From the IMG/VR virus record IMGVR_UViG_2061766007_002098: a stretch of DNA of 57,063 nt, one strand, 5' to 3'. Shown in pieces: positions 20,073 to 31,875 of the stretch. The stretch is from an uncultured virus (IMG/VR IMGVR_UViG_2061766007_002098) (taxonomy: Duplodnaviria > Heunggongvirae > Uroviricota > Caudoviricetes). Both the position numbers and the translations under genes were made by a program. Position 1 is the stretch's first letter, and each line of letters opens with the position of its first letter. The notes under the pieces were generated by a model that was given only the letters and a program-made list of their open reading frames with translations, was not told the DNA's origin and did not search any database.

Positions 20073-21640
20073 ATGACAGATCGGAAGAACTTTTTGGACC
20101 GCGAGAAGGAAAAACGGGACGGCGAGAGCTACCTTCCGTACTCGATAGCGCTCATACCGGGCCTTACCGCACTGGAACAGGACGCACTCGTGAAGGACAT
20201 CGCAGAGGGGCTCGTGAAAAGTCGTCGTGCAAGCGACAGTATCGGACCAAGAGAAGTAAACTCCATATTTGATGCCGTCGAAGATAGAAAGAATGCTGAT
20301 TTTCTTGAAAATTCAATACAGAGAATACCTGAACCTATAAGAGACGCTTGGTTGACATCAGTGTTGCAAGATGATGTAAATCCCTATTTCATGAATGAAG
20401 AGGGGAAAGCCTTTTATAAACCTACATCAGGCGAAGTGTTTTTAGACAAGCATCTTTTTGACAGAAGACCGAATGTTGCTATACATGAGTATGCTCACAA
20501 GACTAATCATGACCTTAATTTAAGCCACCCGTATTACAAGGGTATGGATAGGGTTGTTGTCCCGGACCGTATGATTGGGATAGGTCTTGGAAGTTTGATT
20601 AGTGATGAACTTCCGAAAGGATTTATGCCTAGTGGCAGTACGATGCCTTATAATAGAGTCGATTTTTCCACTCAAGCGGCAAGATTTTATGATGAAGATA
20701 AGGATAAGGCCCGTAAATTTGTAAAAGATTTTCTCTTCGAGACAAATTTGTCAAGACCCCTGGAAAATGATTTAATTGATAAGGGCAATGGTATAAAAAA
20801 ATCGATTGATTTTGTATCTCGTAGAGACGAATTTTTGAGCGATATAATGTCTTTAGACCCTTCGTTTGAAACTCCATATAGTGACTTTAGAGTGGGAGAT
20901 GTTACAGGAATTGCGCATAATTCTTCTTATGCCGACGAACATTCCGCATTAGCAAGGCTTCAAGAGAAGAAACTCAAAGAATTAGGAGCTGGTTATAGAG
21001 ACTTTATTTCGACAAATCCTGAATATGCGGCAATGTCTACCGAAGGTGGAGCTGAACTTGTAGACCTTATGTCTACAGAAGGCGGACAGGAATACGTCAA
21101 AGAGCATTTTCCAATTGCGTACAAAAAAATGATACGAGAGTACGAAAATGACCCTAGAAGAGAACTTCCTAGAAGGAATGTTGCCGCATGGAATTTTTAC
21201 TCTCACGAAAGTCCTAACAATGTCTACAAGTACCGTGGAGAGCCGATACCGTATAACAAGGAAGAAGTGAGACGATATACAAGAGTCCCAGACCCTTACG
21301 GAGGCTGGTACTACGGTGACGATTATCACGATGTAAGAAAGAATGCCTTGCGACAAAAGAAGAACTATGTGGAATACCGTGACCTTGATGGGAAATGGAA
21401 GCGNNNNNNNNNNTCCGAAGGAAACGTTGAGACCTTGGCAAATGTACTCGCATGAAAGCCAAGACAATGTCTACAAGTACCGCGGAGAACCTGTTCCGTA
21501 CAATAAAGACGAAGTAAGGCGTTATACACGNNNNNNNNNNCTTCTACCCGGAAGAACTTAAACACGTAGACGCTAAACTTACAACGACGAAAGATTTCGC
21601 AAAAATGCTTGGTAAGAAACTCTTGAAGGGAGCGAAGTAG
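20073..21640 (+). CDS. zincin metallopeptidase-like protein with NFLDR tag (gapped 3' end)
   Basis: AIHEYAH (HExxH); YAAMSTEGGAE...EHFPIAY; probable true end ...MLGKKLLKGAK* at 21640. Confidence 0.7.
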
Positions 21641-21843
21641 CCCCGTCCTTTATTCATAGGGCGTACAACCAAGAATTTAACACAGGAGTATAAAATGACC
21701 GAAGAACTCGCACAGCTTCTCGAAGACCTCNNNNNNNNNNNNNNNNNNNNNNNNNNNNNNNNNNNNNNNNNNNNNNNNNNNNNNNNNNNNNNNNNNNNNN
21801 NNNNNNNNNNNNNNNNNNNNNNNNNNNNGGGAAGGCTAGGCCT

Positions 21844-22104
21844 ATGGGCGACACCTTCCTTGACCGTATTGCGAAGGGTATTGGCCGCGGAGGCTTCGAC
21901 AGTGGCCGAAACGTGTCCGTGCGCGCCGCGAAGCTGGTGATGCCCGACGGCAAGTCGGTGACGAACGTGGAAATCGTCGGCAAGGGCAACACCCTCGACA
22001 GAATGAAGTCAATCTTGAAGAACGGCAGGGGCCTTGATTCAGTCAAGGACCTTTTCGAGCACCCGAACGCCCGCAGGGGCCGCAGGAAGGGTGCGGAGGA
22101 ATAA
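21844..22104 (+). CDS. small TFLDR-tagged protein
   Basis: MGDTFLDR...NTLDR; follows a TAG stop. Confidence 0.6.
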   Translation: MGDTFLDRIAKGIGRGGFDSGRNVSVRAAKLVMPDGKSVTNVEIVGKGNTLDRMKSILKNGRGLDSVKDLFEHPNARRGRRKGAEE

Positions 22105-22109
22105 GACTT

Positions 22110-22878
22110 ATGGCAAGACAGAACGAGAACTTTCTTGACCGCGTGATGCGCTACGGCGGAGCGAACAGACGCGCGCAATACATCCCGCAAGGACAGCGCG
22201 GGTTCGTGCCTACGGGACGCATCCCGCAGGGATACGGCCATCCGCGACGTGTCCAGCCGCAAATCCAGCCGCAACCGCAGCCGGTGCAGCGCCAGTACAC
22301 GCCCGAAGAAATCTACGCGTACCGCATGGAGCAGGCGAAGCGCGAATACGCGCAGCGCGCCTACGAGGCCGAGATGCAGCGACGCGCCGCATACGGAGTC
22401 CCGCAGGTTGGCGATGGAGCGGCAGCGCGTCCCTACGAGTTCCTGATGGGCGAGGCCGACCGACTCGGCGCAAGCTCCGGCGCAANNNNNNNNNNCATAC
22501 CGCATGGAGCAGGCGAAGCGCGAATACGAACAGCGCGCCTACGAGGCAGAGATGCAGCGCCGTGCCGCATACGGCGTCCCGCAGGTGGGCGAGGGTGCAG
22601 CAGCACGTCCCTACGAGTTCCTCNNNNNNNNNNAGGCCCAGCTCCGAATCCGCCTGATGTACAATGACTACACACGCGAATCCATTGAACGCGGCGCACA
22701 GCCCGCCAGCTTCGAGGAGTTCGTGCAGGCCCTCGTGGCACGTTCCAAGGCGCAGCAACAGCAGGCCGCTGAACCGCAAGCCGTGCAACAGCCGGAAGCG
22801 CAGCCCGCGGAAGTTCCGCAGGTAGCCGCGGNNNNNNNNNNNNNNNNNNNNNNNNNNNNNNNNNNCCCGACGGCATAG
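22110..22878 (+). CDS. Gln/Pro/Ala-rich NFLDR-tagged protein (gapped)
   Basis: GGAGGA RBS; MARQNENFLDR. Confidence 0.6.
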
Positions 22879-22907
22879 AATTTCCTTTGTTTCCTTGGGT
22901 TGATTGA

Positions 22908-22951
22908 AAAAACGGGAGCCGGGGCTAACCACGCCCCGGTTTCTCGTTTTT
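22908..22951 (+). terminator. intrinsic terminator overlapping the late motif
   Basis: AAAAACGGGAGCCGGGGC-loop-GCCCCGGTTTCTCGTTTTT. Confidence 0.8.
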
Positions 22952-22965
22952 ATTCATAGTGCGAT

Positions 22966-25011
22966 ATGGCAAACAAGAAACTCACTCCGCTAGAAATTTT
23001 GTACAGGGAATTCAAGAACGCGAAGACGGACGCCGCGCGCAACGACGCATGGCGCCGCTTCGAAATCAAGCGCGGCGAGATGTACCCTCCGCGCAGTGAC
23101 CGCAAGTCTGCGATGCTCCGGGACAGCGCAGCCGTGGCCGCGAAGTATCCGACAAAGGTGCTGGGCGGCGAGAATCACCGCTACTACGAACCTGGGCGAA
23201 GAATCCGAATGACCGTTGACGAGACCGCCCGCCGTTCCCCGGATGTATGGGTAGACCCCGAGAGCGGTGAACGATATGTCCGCGCATTTCACTACACGCA
23301 GCCGGAAAACATCGAGAATATCCTCAAGACTGGGCTCGCAGCAAGACTCGGACCAGACGCGAAGAATTTCCAGAACAGGGCTGGCGTATGGACCAGCATG
23401 GGTGAAGCGAATCCTATGGGTTACGATTACGTGAACGGAGCTAGTATCGACGAGAAAGGCTATTCTATGGAACCTCTCGAAATTCGCATTCCGGAAGAGG
23501 AGTGGAAGTCTATGCCCGTTGACCATACCGGAATTACTGGAAAAGATCAGGTGATGGTATTCCGTCCGTCAAAGGCGAAACCGTACGGAACCGTGGACAT
23601 CGGCGTCGAAAAGGCTCCAGTGGTAATTCCGCCAGAGTTTATATCGAGATATGAGTTCCCGAAGGATTGGGAAACGAATCTTGGAGAAAACAAGAGCTTG
23701 AGAGGATGGCTACCGAACAAGCCTAAAGTTTATGTGTCAGATCGTGGATTCTACGACAAAATACCAAAAAATATTGTAGAAGATGCAAAGAAAGAATTGG
23801 GTGAAGGTGCGTCTTATAACGAAATAAATCAATGGGTTATTGACAATAGACAAGATTTGCTAAAGAATGACGTAACATCGAAGAACTACAATTTTGTGGC
23901 GGATTTTGATCGTACCAGACTTGACGAATCAAAAAAATACTTTGACGAGCACAAACGCGTGGCCGAATTGTCTCCAGAAGCGAACAAGTCTTATTTCAAC
24001 TCTGTAGATTTCAATACACCTTATGATTTTCAATTTTCGCTAGACAAAATGCCTTCTCAACGTATAGGGTATGTACAAAAGGGCTATCCTCATAGAAGTA
24101 ATGCTTTCAGTGCCTTCTATTATGACGATGAGGCCCCAAGGACTAAAAAATTCATACGAGACAATGCAGGAGACCGTACTCCGATAAGCGAATTTGCTAG
24201 ATGGTTTGAAATAGACAAGAATGCTAAACCGATGCTTGAGAAGGCTAGTGGCTATGGCGTAGGCGTCCCTCATGACGCATTAGGTATTTATTCTGTCGAT
24301 TATTTGGATGATGCCGGTGTTAGAAAATTCGACGGAAGGCCTACTTTTGAAAACGATAACTACGCAAGAAAGAATTTTAAAGGGTATGGAGAACCTAGAT
24401 ATAGCCGTAGTCAATTAAAAGGTGAAATAAAACGTTGGAACTCTTGGCTATATAACCAGGCTTACCAAAACGATGCTGGATACAATAAGGTTGTTGAAAA
24501 CTTTTTGAACTCCGAAAACAAAGATGATGCAGAAAGAGCTATGGAGGAAGTATTAAAGTATAAAAAGAAACTTTTGACTCCTGAAAGGAAAAAGGAACGC
24601 CAAAAAGATATTTTGAAAAAGAATGAACAAAGAATTACCCCTTGGGATCAGCCTTCTCAAATTGCAAAACAGAATTCTTGGTATGACGCGTTGCATTCTA
24701 ACGAATATAGTGAAGCAATGTCTAAAGAAGTTGACAAGTATCTTGAACAGCATCCAGAACTTGATTTTGACAAAGATTACGAAAAGGCTTATAAAATTGT
24801 TCGTAAAAATATTGGCGAAAATGTGGCTCAATCAATAGCCGATAAATTTTATCCTGAAAATTTGCAAAAGGTCCGAGAACAACTTGTGGAAGATTGGAAA
24901 AAGCAGTTTACGCAAGATTCGCTCAACCGCGTCTACGGACACGAGCTTGGTCGCAAGATAGGCAAGTACCGTGCAAGCCGAGGAAAGCCCGTGAACCCAA
25001 AGCAACTCTAG
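22966..25011 (+). CDS. large protein with an ADP-ribosyltransferase-like domain
   Basis: AFHYTQPENIENILKTGL...GVWTS...LEIRIP...IPPEFI matches the H-type ART strand order; AT-rich C-terminal two-thirds. Confidence 0.7.
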   Translation: MANKKLTPLEILYREFKNAKTDAARNDAWRRFEIKRGEMYPPRSDRKSAMLRDSAAVAAKYPTKVLGGENHRYYEPGRRIRMTVDETARRSPDVWVDPESGERYVRAFHYTQPENIENILKTGLAARLGPDAKNFQNRAGVWTSMGEANPMGYDYVNGASIDEKGYSMEPLEIRIPEEEWKSMPVDHTGITGKDQVMVFRPSKAKPYGTVDIGVEKAPVVIPPEFISRYEFPKDWETNLGENKSLRGWLPNKPKVYVSDRGFYDKIPKNIVEDAKKELGEGASYNEINQWVIDNRQDLLKNDVTSKNYNFVADFDRTRLDESKKYFDEHKRVAELSPEANKSYFNSVDFNTPYDFQFSLDKMPSQRIGYVQKGYPHRSNAFSAFYYDDEAPRTKKFIRDNAGDRTPISEFARWFEIDKNAKPMLEKASGYGVGVPHDALGIYSVDYLDDAGVRKFDGRPTFENDNYARKNFKGYGEPRYSRSQLKGEIKRWNSWLYNQAYQNDAGYNKVVENFLNSENKDDAERAMEEVLKYKKKLLTPERKKERQKDILKKNEQRITPWDQPSQIAKQNSWYDALHSNEYSEAMSKEVDKYLEQHPELDFDKDYEKAYKIVRKNIGENVAQSIADKFYPENLQKVREQLVEDWKKQFTQDSLNRVYGHELGRKIGKYRASRGKPVNPKQL

Positions 25012-25033
25012 CGTTTCTCTCATCACGAACCCA

Positions 25034-25060
25034 AAGGCCCCTTTTCGGGGGCCTTCTTTT
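25034..25060 (+). terminator. intrinsic terminator overlapping the late motif
   Basis: AAGGCCCC-TTTTC-GGGGGCCTT followed by CTTTT. Confidence 0.8.
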
Positions 25061-25141
25061 ATTCATACCACGGAAGGCCGAGAACGAGCCTTTACTCACA
25101 ACTTCAACGCAGCGCGTGGCGTACACGCGAGGAGATAGGTA

Positions 25142-26561
25142 ATGCCTAACGAAGCAATGAATCCGAACATGGACATTGATTACATCCTGGCGTCCTACAA
25201 GGACGACGAGCCCGAAACGCAGACGGAACCCGGTGCATCCGAACCGGCTCCCGAAACGCAGACGGCTACGGCAGGTGACGGGGGCCACCCGGAACAGGCC
25301 GCAGGAGCTGAACCCGCAAAACAGGAACCCGCGAAAGCAGATGGGCCGCAGAATGACGCGAACGCCCCGGCGGGACAACAGGCAGCGGGCGCCGAGCCGG
25401 ACAAGAAGAACGACGGCGAAGGCGGTGTGGCTGGCCCCGAAGGCAACGCAGGCGCGGCGTCGGAACCCGCGAAGGCGAAACCCAAGGTGCCGCGCAGGAA
25501 TCCCCTCTCTCGACTCGAGAAGGCCGAGTATTCCACACGAAAGTGGAAACAGAAGTACCGCGAGATGCGCGAGAAGCGCGACGCGTTGCAGGCCGAGCTC
25601 GACAAGTACAGCAGGATAGACCCTACGCAGTTTAGCGACCCCGCAGCAAGGGAGCGCTTCATATCCTGGCAGGCACGTACCGAGCAGAAGCTCAACGGCA
25701 TGGACGAGGACCTTGAAGACATCGCTAGACAGACTTACGAACGCGAGTACGAATCCAAGGTGGAGGCATTCTACCCGGACGAGGANNNNNNNNNNACTCG
25801 ACAAGTACAGCAGGATCGACCCTACGCAGTTTCGCGACCCCGCAGACAGGGAGCGCTTCCTAGCCTGGCAGGCACGTACCGAGCAGAAGCTCAACGGCAT
25901 GGACGAGGACCTGGAAGACATCGCGAACAGACAGTACGAACGCGAGTACGAATCCAAGGTGGAGGCATTCTACCCGGACGAGGACGCGCGTCACGCATTC
26001 GACGCACTTGACGAACACTACGGAACCGTACTGGACGCCACGTGCCAACGATACGACCCGGACAACATCATCCTGGACTACTTGCAGAATTCCCCCTACG
26101 AGCCGGTGATGCGAAACATCATCTACAAGAACGGCCCGTTGCAGGAAGAACTCTTCCAGCAGTTCGGAAGCAGGCAGATCGCGAACGCCACGCGCGTCCA
26201 GATTCTGCGCCAGCTCGAAAGCCAGGTGAAGGCGTATTACGCGAGGGAACAGGGCGCACAGCCCGAACAGCAGGCGGCACCGCGCACGGCACAGAACGGC
26301 GCGGCCACGCAGCAGAGACGGTTCACGCTCCCCCCGAAGAAGGACGCCCCCGCAGCAGCTCCCGCTCCGGCACCCGCCGCGACGCAGCAGCCCGCGGCAC
26401 CTGCACAGGCCCCGACGCCAGCACCCGCACCCGCTCCGGTAACGGCACAGCCGCCCATGAGCAGCGGAGTGACAGGCTCTCTCACCCGAGGAAACGAAGG
26501 TGGCGGTACGCCCGACGAGAGCGCGGAAGCGAACGCCCTGTTCAAGAAGATGTTCGGGTAA
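25142..26561 (+). CDS. capsid scaffolding protein (duplicated segment at gap)
   Basis: Acidic/Pro-Ala-rich, coiled coil, directly upstream of the capsid gene. Confidence 0.7.
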
Positions 26562-26612
26562 TTACAAACCCACACTTCAAGTGCCGCCACCGCGCGGCCA
26601 AAGGACAACATC

Positions 26613-28019
26613 ATGGCAAATTCCACCGTTCAGAACAAGAAGGTGATTTCCCTCGCCCTCGGCGCAGTCGCCGACGGCGCTTACCTCTATGCTGGAGCCG
26701 ACCGCGCCATTGCCGCTGAAATGCAGGGCAAGGACAACGGCGACATCATCTACTACAAGACCACCAATCTCGGCCAGGCCGAAATCTCCGACGTGTCCAT
26801 GGGCGTCACTCCCAACAGTGGCCTCGCAAACCTCGACATCGCGTCCGCAACCCCGGTCAAGCACCGCCAGGTTCCGGTGAAGATCAAGGACGCCCGCGTG
26901 ATGTACAACGTGAAGGCAATCGAAAAGCAGATTACCTCCCTCGGCAAGGACCTCGCCATGGGCAAGATCGGCCAGAAGCTCGCCAAGAAGGCCGTCAAGA
27001 ACGTCATCGGCGAAGACATCCTGACCATCGGCAACATCTTCGTCGGCAGCGACTTCGCCGTCTTCCAGAAGGCCGGTGCGTTCCTCAAGTCCTTCGTGGA
27101 CGGCACCCTCTACGGCTTCATGGACTGGAACGTATGGGGCGACCTGACCGCCAAGGGCCAGCAGGCCGTGCCGTGCGCACTCGCCGAACCGCGCTTCGGC
27201 CGCAACCTCCGCGGTTCCTGGTCACTCATCGACCAGCTCCGCACCATCCCGGACATCCCGCAGTTCACCATCGGTGACGTGGCTTCCGCCAAGGTGAAGG
27301 CATCCGTCGCCACCTCCGCGACCACGGCCACCATNNNNNNNNNNCCTTATCGACCAGCTCCGTACCATCCCGGACATCCCGCAGTTCACCATCGGTGACG
27401 TGGCATCCGCCAAGGTGAAGGCATCCGTCGCCACCTCCGCGACCACGGCCACCATCAACATCACGGCAGGCTCTAGCGCCCTCGCCGTCGGCGACAAGGT
27501 CGTGCTCGCCGTTCCGGGCATCAACGCCCTCGACGTGAACGACAACGACACCGGCGTAGCCAACAGCTTCGTCGTGACCCTCGCATCCTCCGTAGCCGCC
27601 GCTGGCACGCTCGACGTGACCGTGACCTGGGACCTCGACCTCGTCGTGATTCCGGCNNNNNNNNNNAATCCTCCGTCGCCGCCGCCGGAACGCTCGACGT
27701 GACCGTGACCTGGGACCTCGACCTCGTCGTGATTCCGGCTACAGTCGCCGCCAACGCCGCCGTGACCGTCAAGGGCACCGCTGGCACCTACGGCGCGACC
27801 ATCATCCGTGCGGAAGGCGCACAGGCCTTCGGTACGATGAACCAGTGCGACTGCGAAGGCGCCAAGTACGAAAAGAGCTCCATCGACGGCCTGACCGTGC
27901 ACGCCAACTCCGGCGAGAACATCGGCGCCCTGTCCACCGACAGCCGCTACGACATGATCCTCGCCTCCAAGCTGGTCGAACCGCGCGCAGCAGCCCTCGT
28001 GCTCTACAAGATCGCCTAA
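26613..28019 (+). CDS. major capsid protein, P22 coat-like (gapped)
   Basis: Highly biased codons; GKDNGDIIYYK; beta-rich insertion; SRYDMILASKLVEP end; followed by a terminator. Confidence 0.8.
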
Positions 28020-28068
28020 CCACGGCGAAACAAGGAATTCTAGGTTGGCATAACCTATTATCCCCAAA

Positions 28069-28102
28069 AAAGGCCCCGTCACCTAACCGTGGCGGGGTCT
28101 TT
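28069..28102. terminator. terminator after the capsid gene (likely bidirectional)
   Basis: AAAGGCCCCGTCAC...GTGGCGGGGTCTTT; the variant near 28398 has a compensatory G-C to A-T pair. Confidence 0.8.
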
Positions 28103-28463
28103 GTCGTTATATTGGTCGGCAAGAATGATTCCGGCTACTTCTTCTTGGCGGGGGAGTCCTGCGTAAGGTACTCNNNNNNNNNNTCATATTGGTCGGCAAA
28201 ATTGTGTCGGTTTACTTGCTTGCGGACTTGACGTATTCTTCGAGCAGGTAGCGCAGGAAAGGGCCTGTCTTACCGGCCGTGCTTATAGGCACGCCCCTTT
28301 TCACTGCGACACGNNNNNNNNNNGGCCCTCGTGCTCTACAAGATCTCCTAACCACGGCGAAACAAGGAATTCTAGGTTGGCATAACCTATTATCCCAAAA
28401 GGCCCCACCACTTAATTGTGATGGGGTCTTTGTCGTTATATTGGTCGGCAAAAATGATTCCGG

Positions 28464-28637
28464 CTACTTCTTCTTGGCGGGGGAGTCCTGCGTAAGGTAC
28501 TCCTCGAGCAGGTAGCGGATGAACGGCCCTGTCTTACCGGCCGTGCTTATAGGCACGCCCCTTTTCACTGCGACACGCTTTGCCATGTCGAGAATCCGTC
28601 CGTCCATCGAAACGCAGAATTTGGTGTTGTCGCTCAT
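28464..28637 (-). CDS. ribbon-helix-helix-like DNA-binding protein
   Basis: MSDNTKFCVSMDGRILDMAKRVAVKRG...FIRYLLEEY; AGGAGG RBS. Confidence 0.6.
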   Translation of the reverse strand: MSDNTKFCVSMDGRILDMAKRVAVKRGVPISTAGKTGPFIRYLLEEYLTQDSPAKKK

Positions 28638-28774
28638 TGCGTACCTCCTATACGAGTCCGAACCATACGGTCTCTACCGGCTTCTCGTTGTCAGGGTTCG
28701 GGGCCCTGTTGCCTATGACCTTGAATATGGCCTTGATTGTACCGTCGATGGTGTCGNNNNNNNNNNTGTACCTC

Positions 28775-29098
28775 CTAGACGTATCCGAACCAAACGGTTT
28801 CGATTGGCTTTTCGTTGTCCGGGTTCGGGGCCTTGTTGCCTATGACCTTGAATATGGCCTTGATTGTACCGTCGATGGTGTCGGCCTTTCCGCACTCGTC
28901 GTAGGCGGTGCGGAGCTGTTCCGTCGTGGCTCCCATGATGAGGTCCTTCGCCCTCGCCAGGAAGCAGCCCCTGATGGCTGTCTTCCTGTAGGCCGGAAGG
29001 CATACGACGCCGTTGAGTTCAAGGCCCATCACGACGCCGTTGAGGTAGCCTACGACCTCGACGGCATGTTCCAGGACCTGTTCTTTCGTGAATTCCAT
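28775..29098 (-). CDS. hypothetical protein
   Basis: AAGGGGATA RBS; variant copy of the 3' end at ~28648-28756. Confidence 0.6.
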   Translation of the reverse strand: MEFTKEQVLEHAVEVVGYLNGVVMGLELNGVVCLPAYRKTAIRGCFLARAKDLIMGATTEQLRTAYDECGKADTIDGTIKAIFKVIGNKAPNPDNEKPIETVWFGYV

Positions 29099-29231
29099 GA
29101 TTTTATCCCCTTTTGACGTTCTGTATATACAATATATATTTTATATACGCCAAAGGCAAGCGGTTTTTCGGCAAAAGGCGACGGTTTTATTCATAGTGCG
29201 GATAAAACTACGGAAAAAGAGGATTTTCAGC

Positions 29232-31778
29232 ATGGCAGCTACAAACTTGCTCGACAGACTGGCAGAGGAATACGAGGGAAACCACCCGGTAGAATACCGC
29301 GCGCAACTGGCGAAGCTGGGTAAATCCATCGGTAACAGGGTCTACTCGCTAGGCGGCGGTGCGAAGGGCGTAAGCGCACGCGACATCATTCGCAAAGACA
29401 TCAAGGGCAACGATGTAGGCGTCTATCCGTTCGACGTTCTCGAAAAACAGAGGAACAACAAGCGCAAAGACGAGAGCATGCCGTGGGACTACGCCATACA
29501 GGGCAAGGACGGAGGTGTGCTTCTCGAATCGTTCAACGGCGGCACGAAGGCTGACGCGAACGAATACGTGGCTCAACTGAAGAAAAAGGGAATTGTCCCG
29601 AAGGACGCGAAACTCGTAAGCAACGTGAGTTCCAGCCGACAGACGGCGAAGCAGAAGCGCAACCTNNNNNNNNNNTCTTGCAAACGGAACTGTAAGGGAA
29701 AAGCAGAATCTCATCAACACTGGCAATATGGGCCCGCAGCTCTATCATGTAGATTCTTGGGACAAGTGGCTTTCCGCCAAGAAAGCCGCGAAGGAGGCCG
29801 GACAGAACCTCGGCCGCCTATTTGCCGAACAGAACCAGCGTGAGAAGAACGTGTACGGCAACATCTCGAAGGGATTGAAACCCTCGACTTCGCCCGTCCC
29901 CGAAGGCCGCTACAAGTACGCCCTCGGCAACCAGAACCACGTGTATTCGACAAGCCCTGATGAACCGCAGAACGACTGGATGTCGTTGAAGCCGAGTTAT
30001 GACGGTCAAACTGCATTGACTAATTCCGGCCACGAGATTCACTGGCGTAAGGACGGCACACCTATTATCGACGCCTACACTTGGANNNNNNNNNNCCGAT
30101 TCACTGGCGTAAGGACGGCACACCTATTATCGACGCCTACACTTGGACGCAGATTCCGAATATCGAGAAAATAAAGAAAACCGGCTACCTCGCCACTGAA
30201 GGTTCCGACACTAAAAAATATCATCCTGGAACTGAAGGACAGTGGACTGCCGAGGTAGACAACTACCCGATGGATAAAAACTACGACAACCATGTTGAAG
30301 TTTTCAAAAAAGGTAAGAACGGAGAAACTTTCAACGAGGAACTTTTGCACTCAAGGCTTCCGTTGAACTGGTTTCAAAAACAGCCTATCACGCATCAAGG
30401 CCCTAGAGGATGGAACGTGAAGGTCGATGTAATTCATGCAAAGCCAGGTTCTCCAGAAGTTTTCTGGGGCGAAGGGAAAAATCGCCGTTCTGCGCAGGTC
30501 GCCACACCGGCTCAATTTATCAACCACATTCCAGAAGACAAGATGCGCCCTGACTGGGCTCCTGTGTGGAAAAAGAATATGCTTCCAGGATCGCATCCGA
30601 ATAAGGAGGATTTAGGCGGAACTGAAGAATTTATATTCGGCATGACAGGCCGAGACCCTTCTGGAACTTCTGTAGAAGAGCAAAAGAAAGCAGCATCCAT
30701 GATGGCGAATAAGGATAGCTACGCTCTTCAGTACGCTCTTCGTAATGTAGACAAGTCGGACAAGACCGAGTTGCAGCGGAATGCGGATAATGCTTTCCTT
30801 GAAGATTATGTTTCACGTACAAGCGGAAACAGGACTCCGTATGACCTTGCGTGGCAAACAAAAAATGTTCCGCAGCAGGGAGAAGGTATGATTGACCGAG
30901 GAAACGACACTTCGTTAAGTCAATGGAATGGCGTTGAACTTCCGCGTACAAACGCATTTACATTTCAAACGTACCTAGATTCGAAAAAATTGTCCGATTT
31001 TCTTCCGCTAGATTCCTACGAAAGGCTTCTTAACAATTTCTACCTCAATAAGTTTGCTGGTAAATATGGACTCCCAGCTAACTCTTTGAGTATGATACGA
31101 AACCTCATTCCTAGTCCAAAGAAAGCGGAAGTCTTATACAAGGACTATCTTGATAAGATAGGAATGAAAAATTTTTCCGAAATAAAAAAGGAAAGAGATA
31201 GTTTTCCAGGTCGTTCTTTTTTTGAATCTCCTGTCACGTCTGAAACGCTAAACCGCGGTTCTAGAAGAGGATTCTACAAGGAAGAACTTAAAGACTTGAA
31301 ACAGAATCGTTCTTACGATGCTGCACGAAGAGGAACTTTTGACGATTGGAATTTTGTCTATAAAAATGTTGCAAGCAATAACAAATTCAATAAATTGCAA
31401 AATTTCAGTTTTGACGATTGGTTCGATAACTACATGCGTAACGACAATTTTTACAAAGACTATTTCCAAGAAGGCGTTATAAATCAACCTTCTGTGCAGC
31501 AGGCTATCGCTGAAGAAAAAGAACGTGTAAGGCCTTATGTAGAAAAATATCTTGAAAATATGAAAAATTTGCCGACAGACAAGCAACTTGAGAAAAAGGC
31601 TTACGAACGGACAAAGAAAAAATTTGATCATGGTCTTACGCGCGAAGAGGAACTTGAGTTTTTGAAAAGTCGTCAACCATACCAAATGAAGGCCGACTCC
31701 CTCGACAAGGTGATAGGCCACACGATAGGCCGCCGCATCGGTGCCGACCGCGCCAAACGCGGAAAGAAAATCTTCTAG
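29232..31778 (+). CDS. large NLLDR-tagged protein with an ART-like domain (gapped; paralog of 22966)
   Basis: MAATNLLDR; AYTWTQIPNIEKIKKTGY...GQWTAE...TPAQFI; C-terminal DSLDKVIGHTIGRRIG. Continuity across the 29666 gap is inferred. Confidence 0.6.
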
Positions 31779-31875
31779 CCTTTATTCATTGCCCGACATA
31801 TTATCCCTCCTGATACGAGGCCCTTTTATTCATAGGTCGTAACAGAACCTATCGGATAGAAGGGCTTTTTAAGTC

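Noticed and set aside
21190..21530. Possible DGR template/variable repeat pair
   Set aside because: Mismatches are largely synonymous and not adenine-specific; no reverse transcriptase is seen
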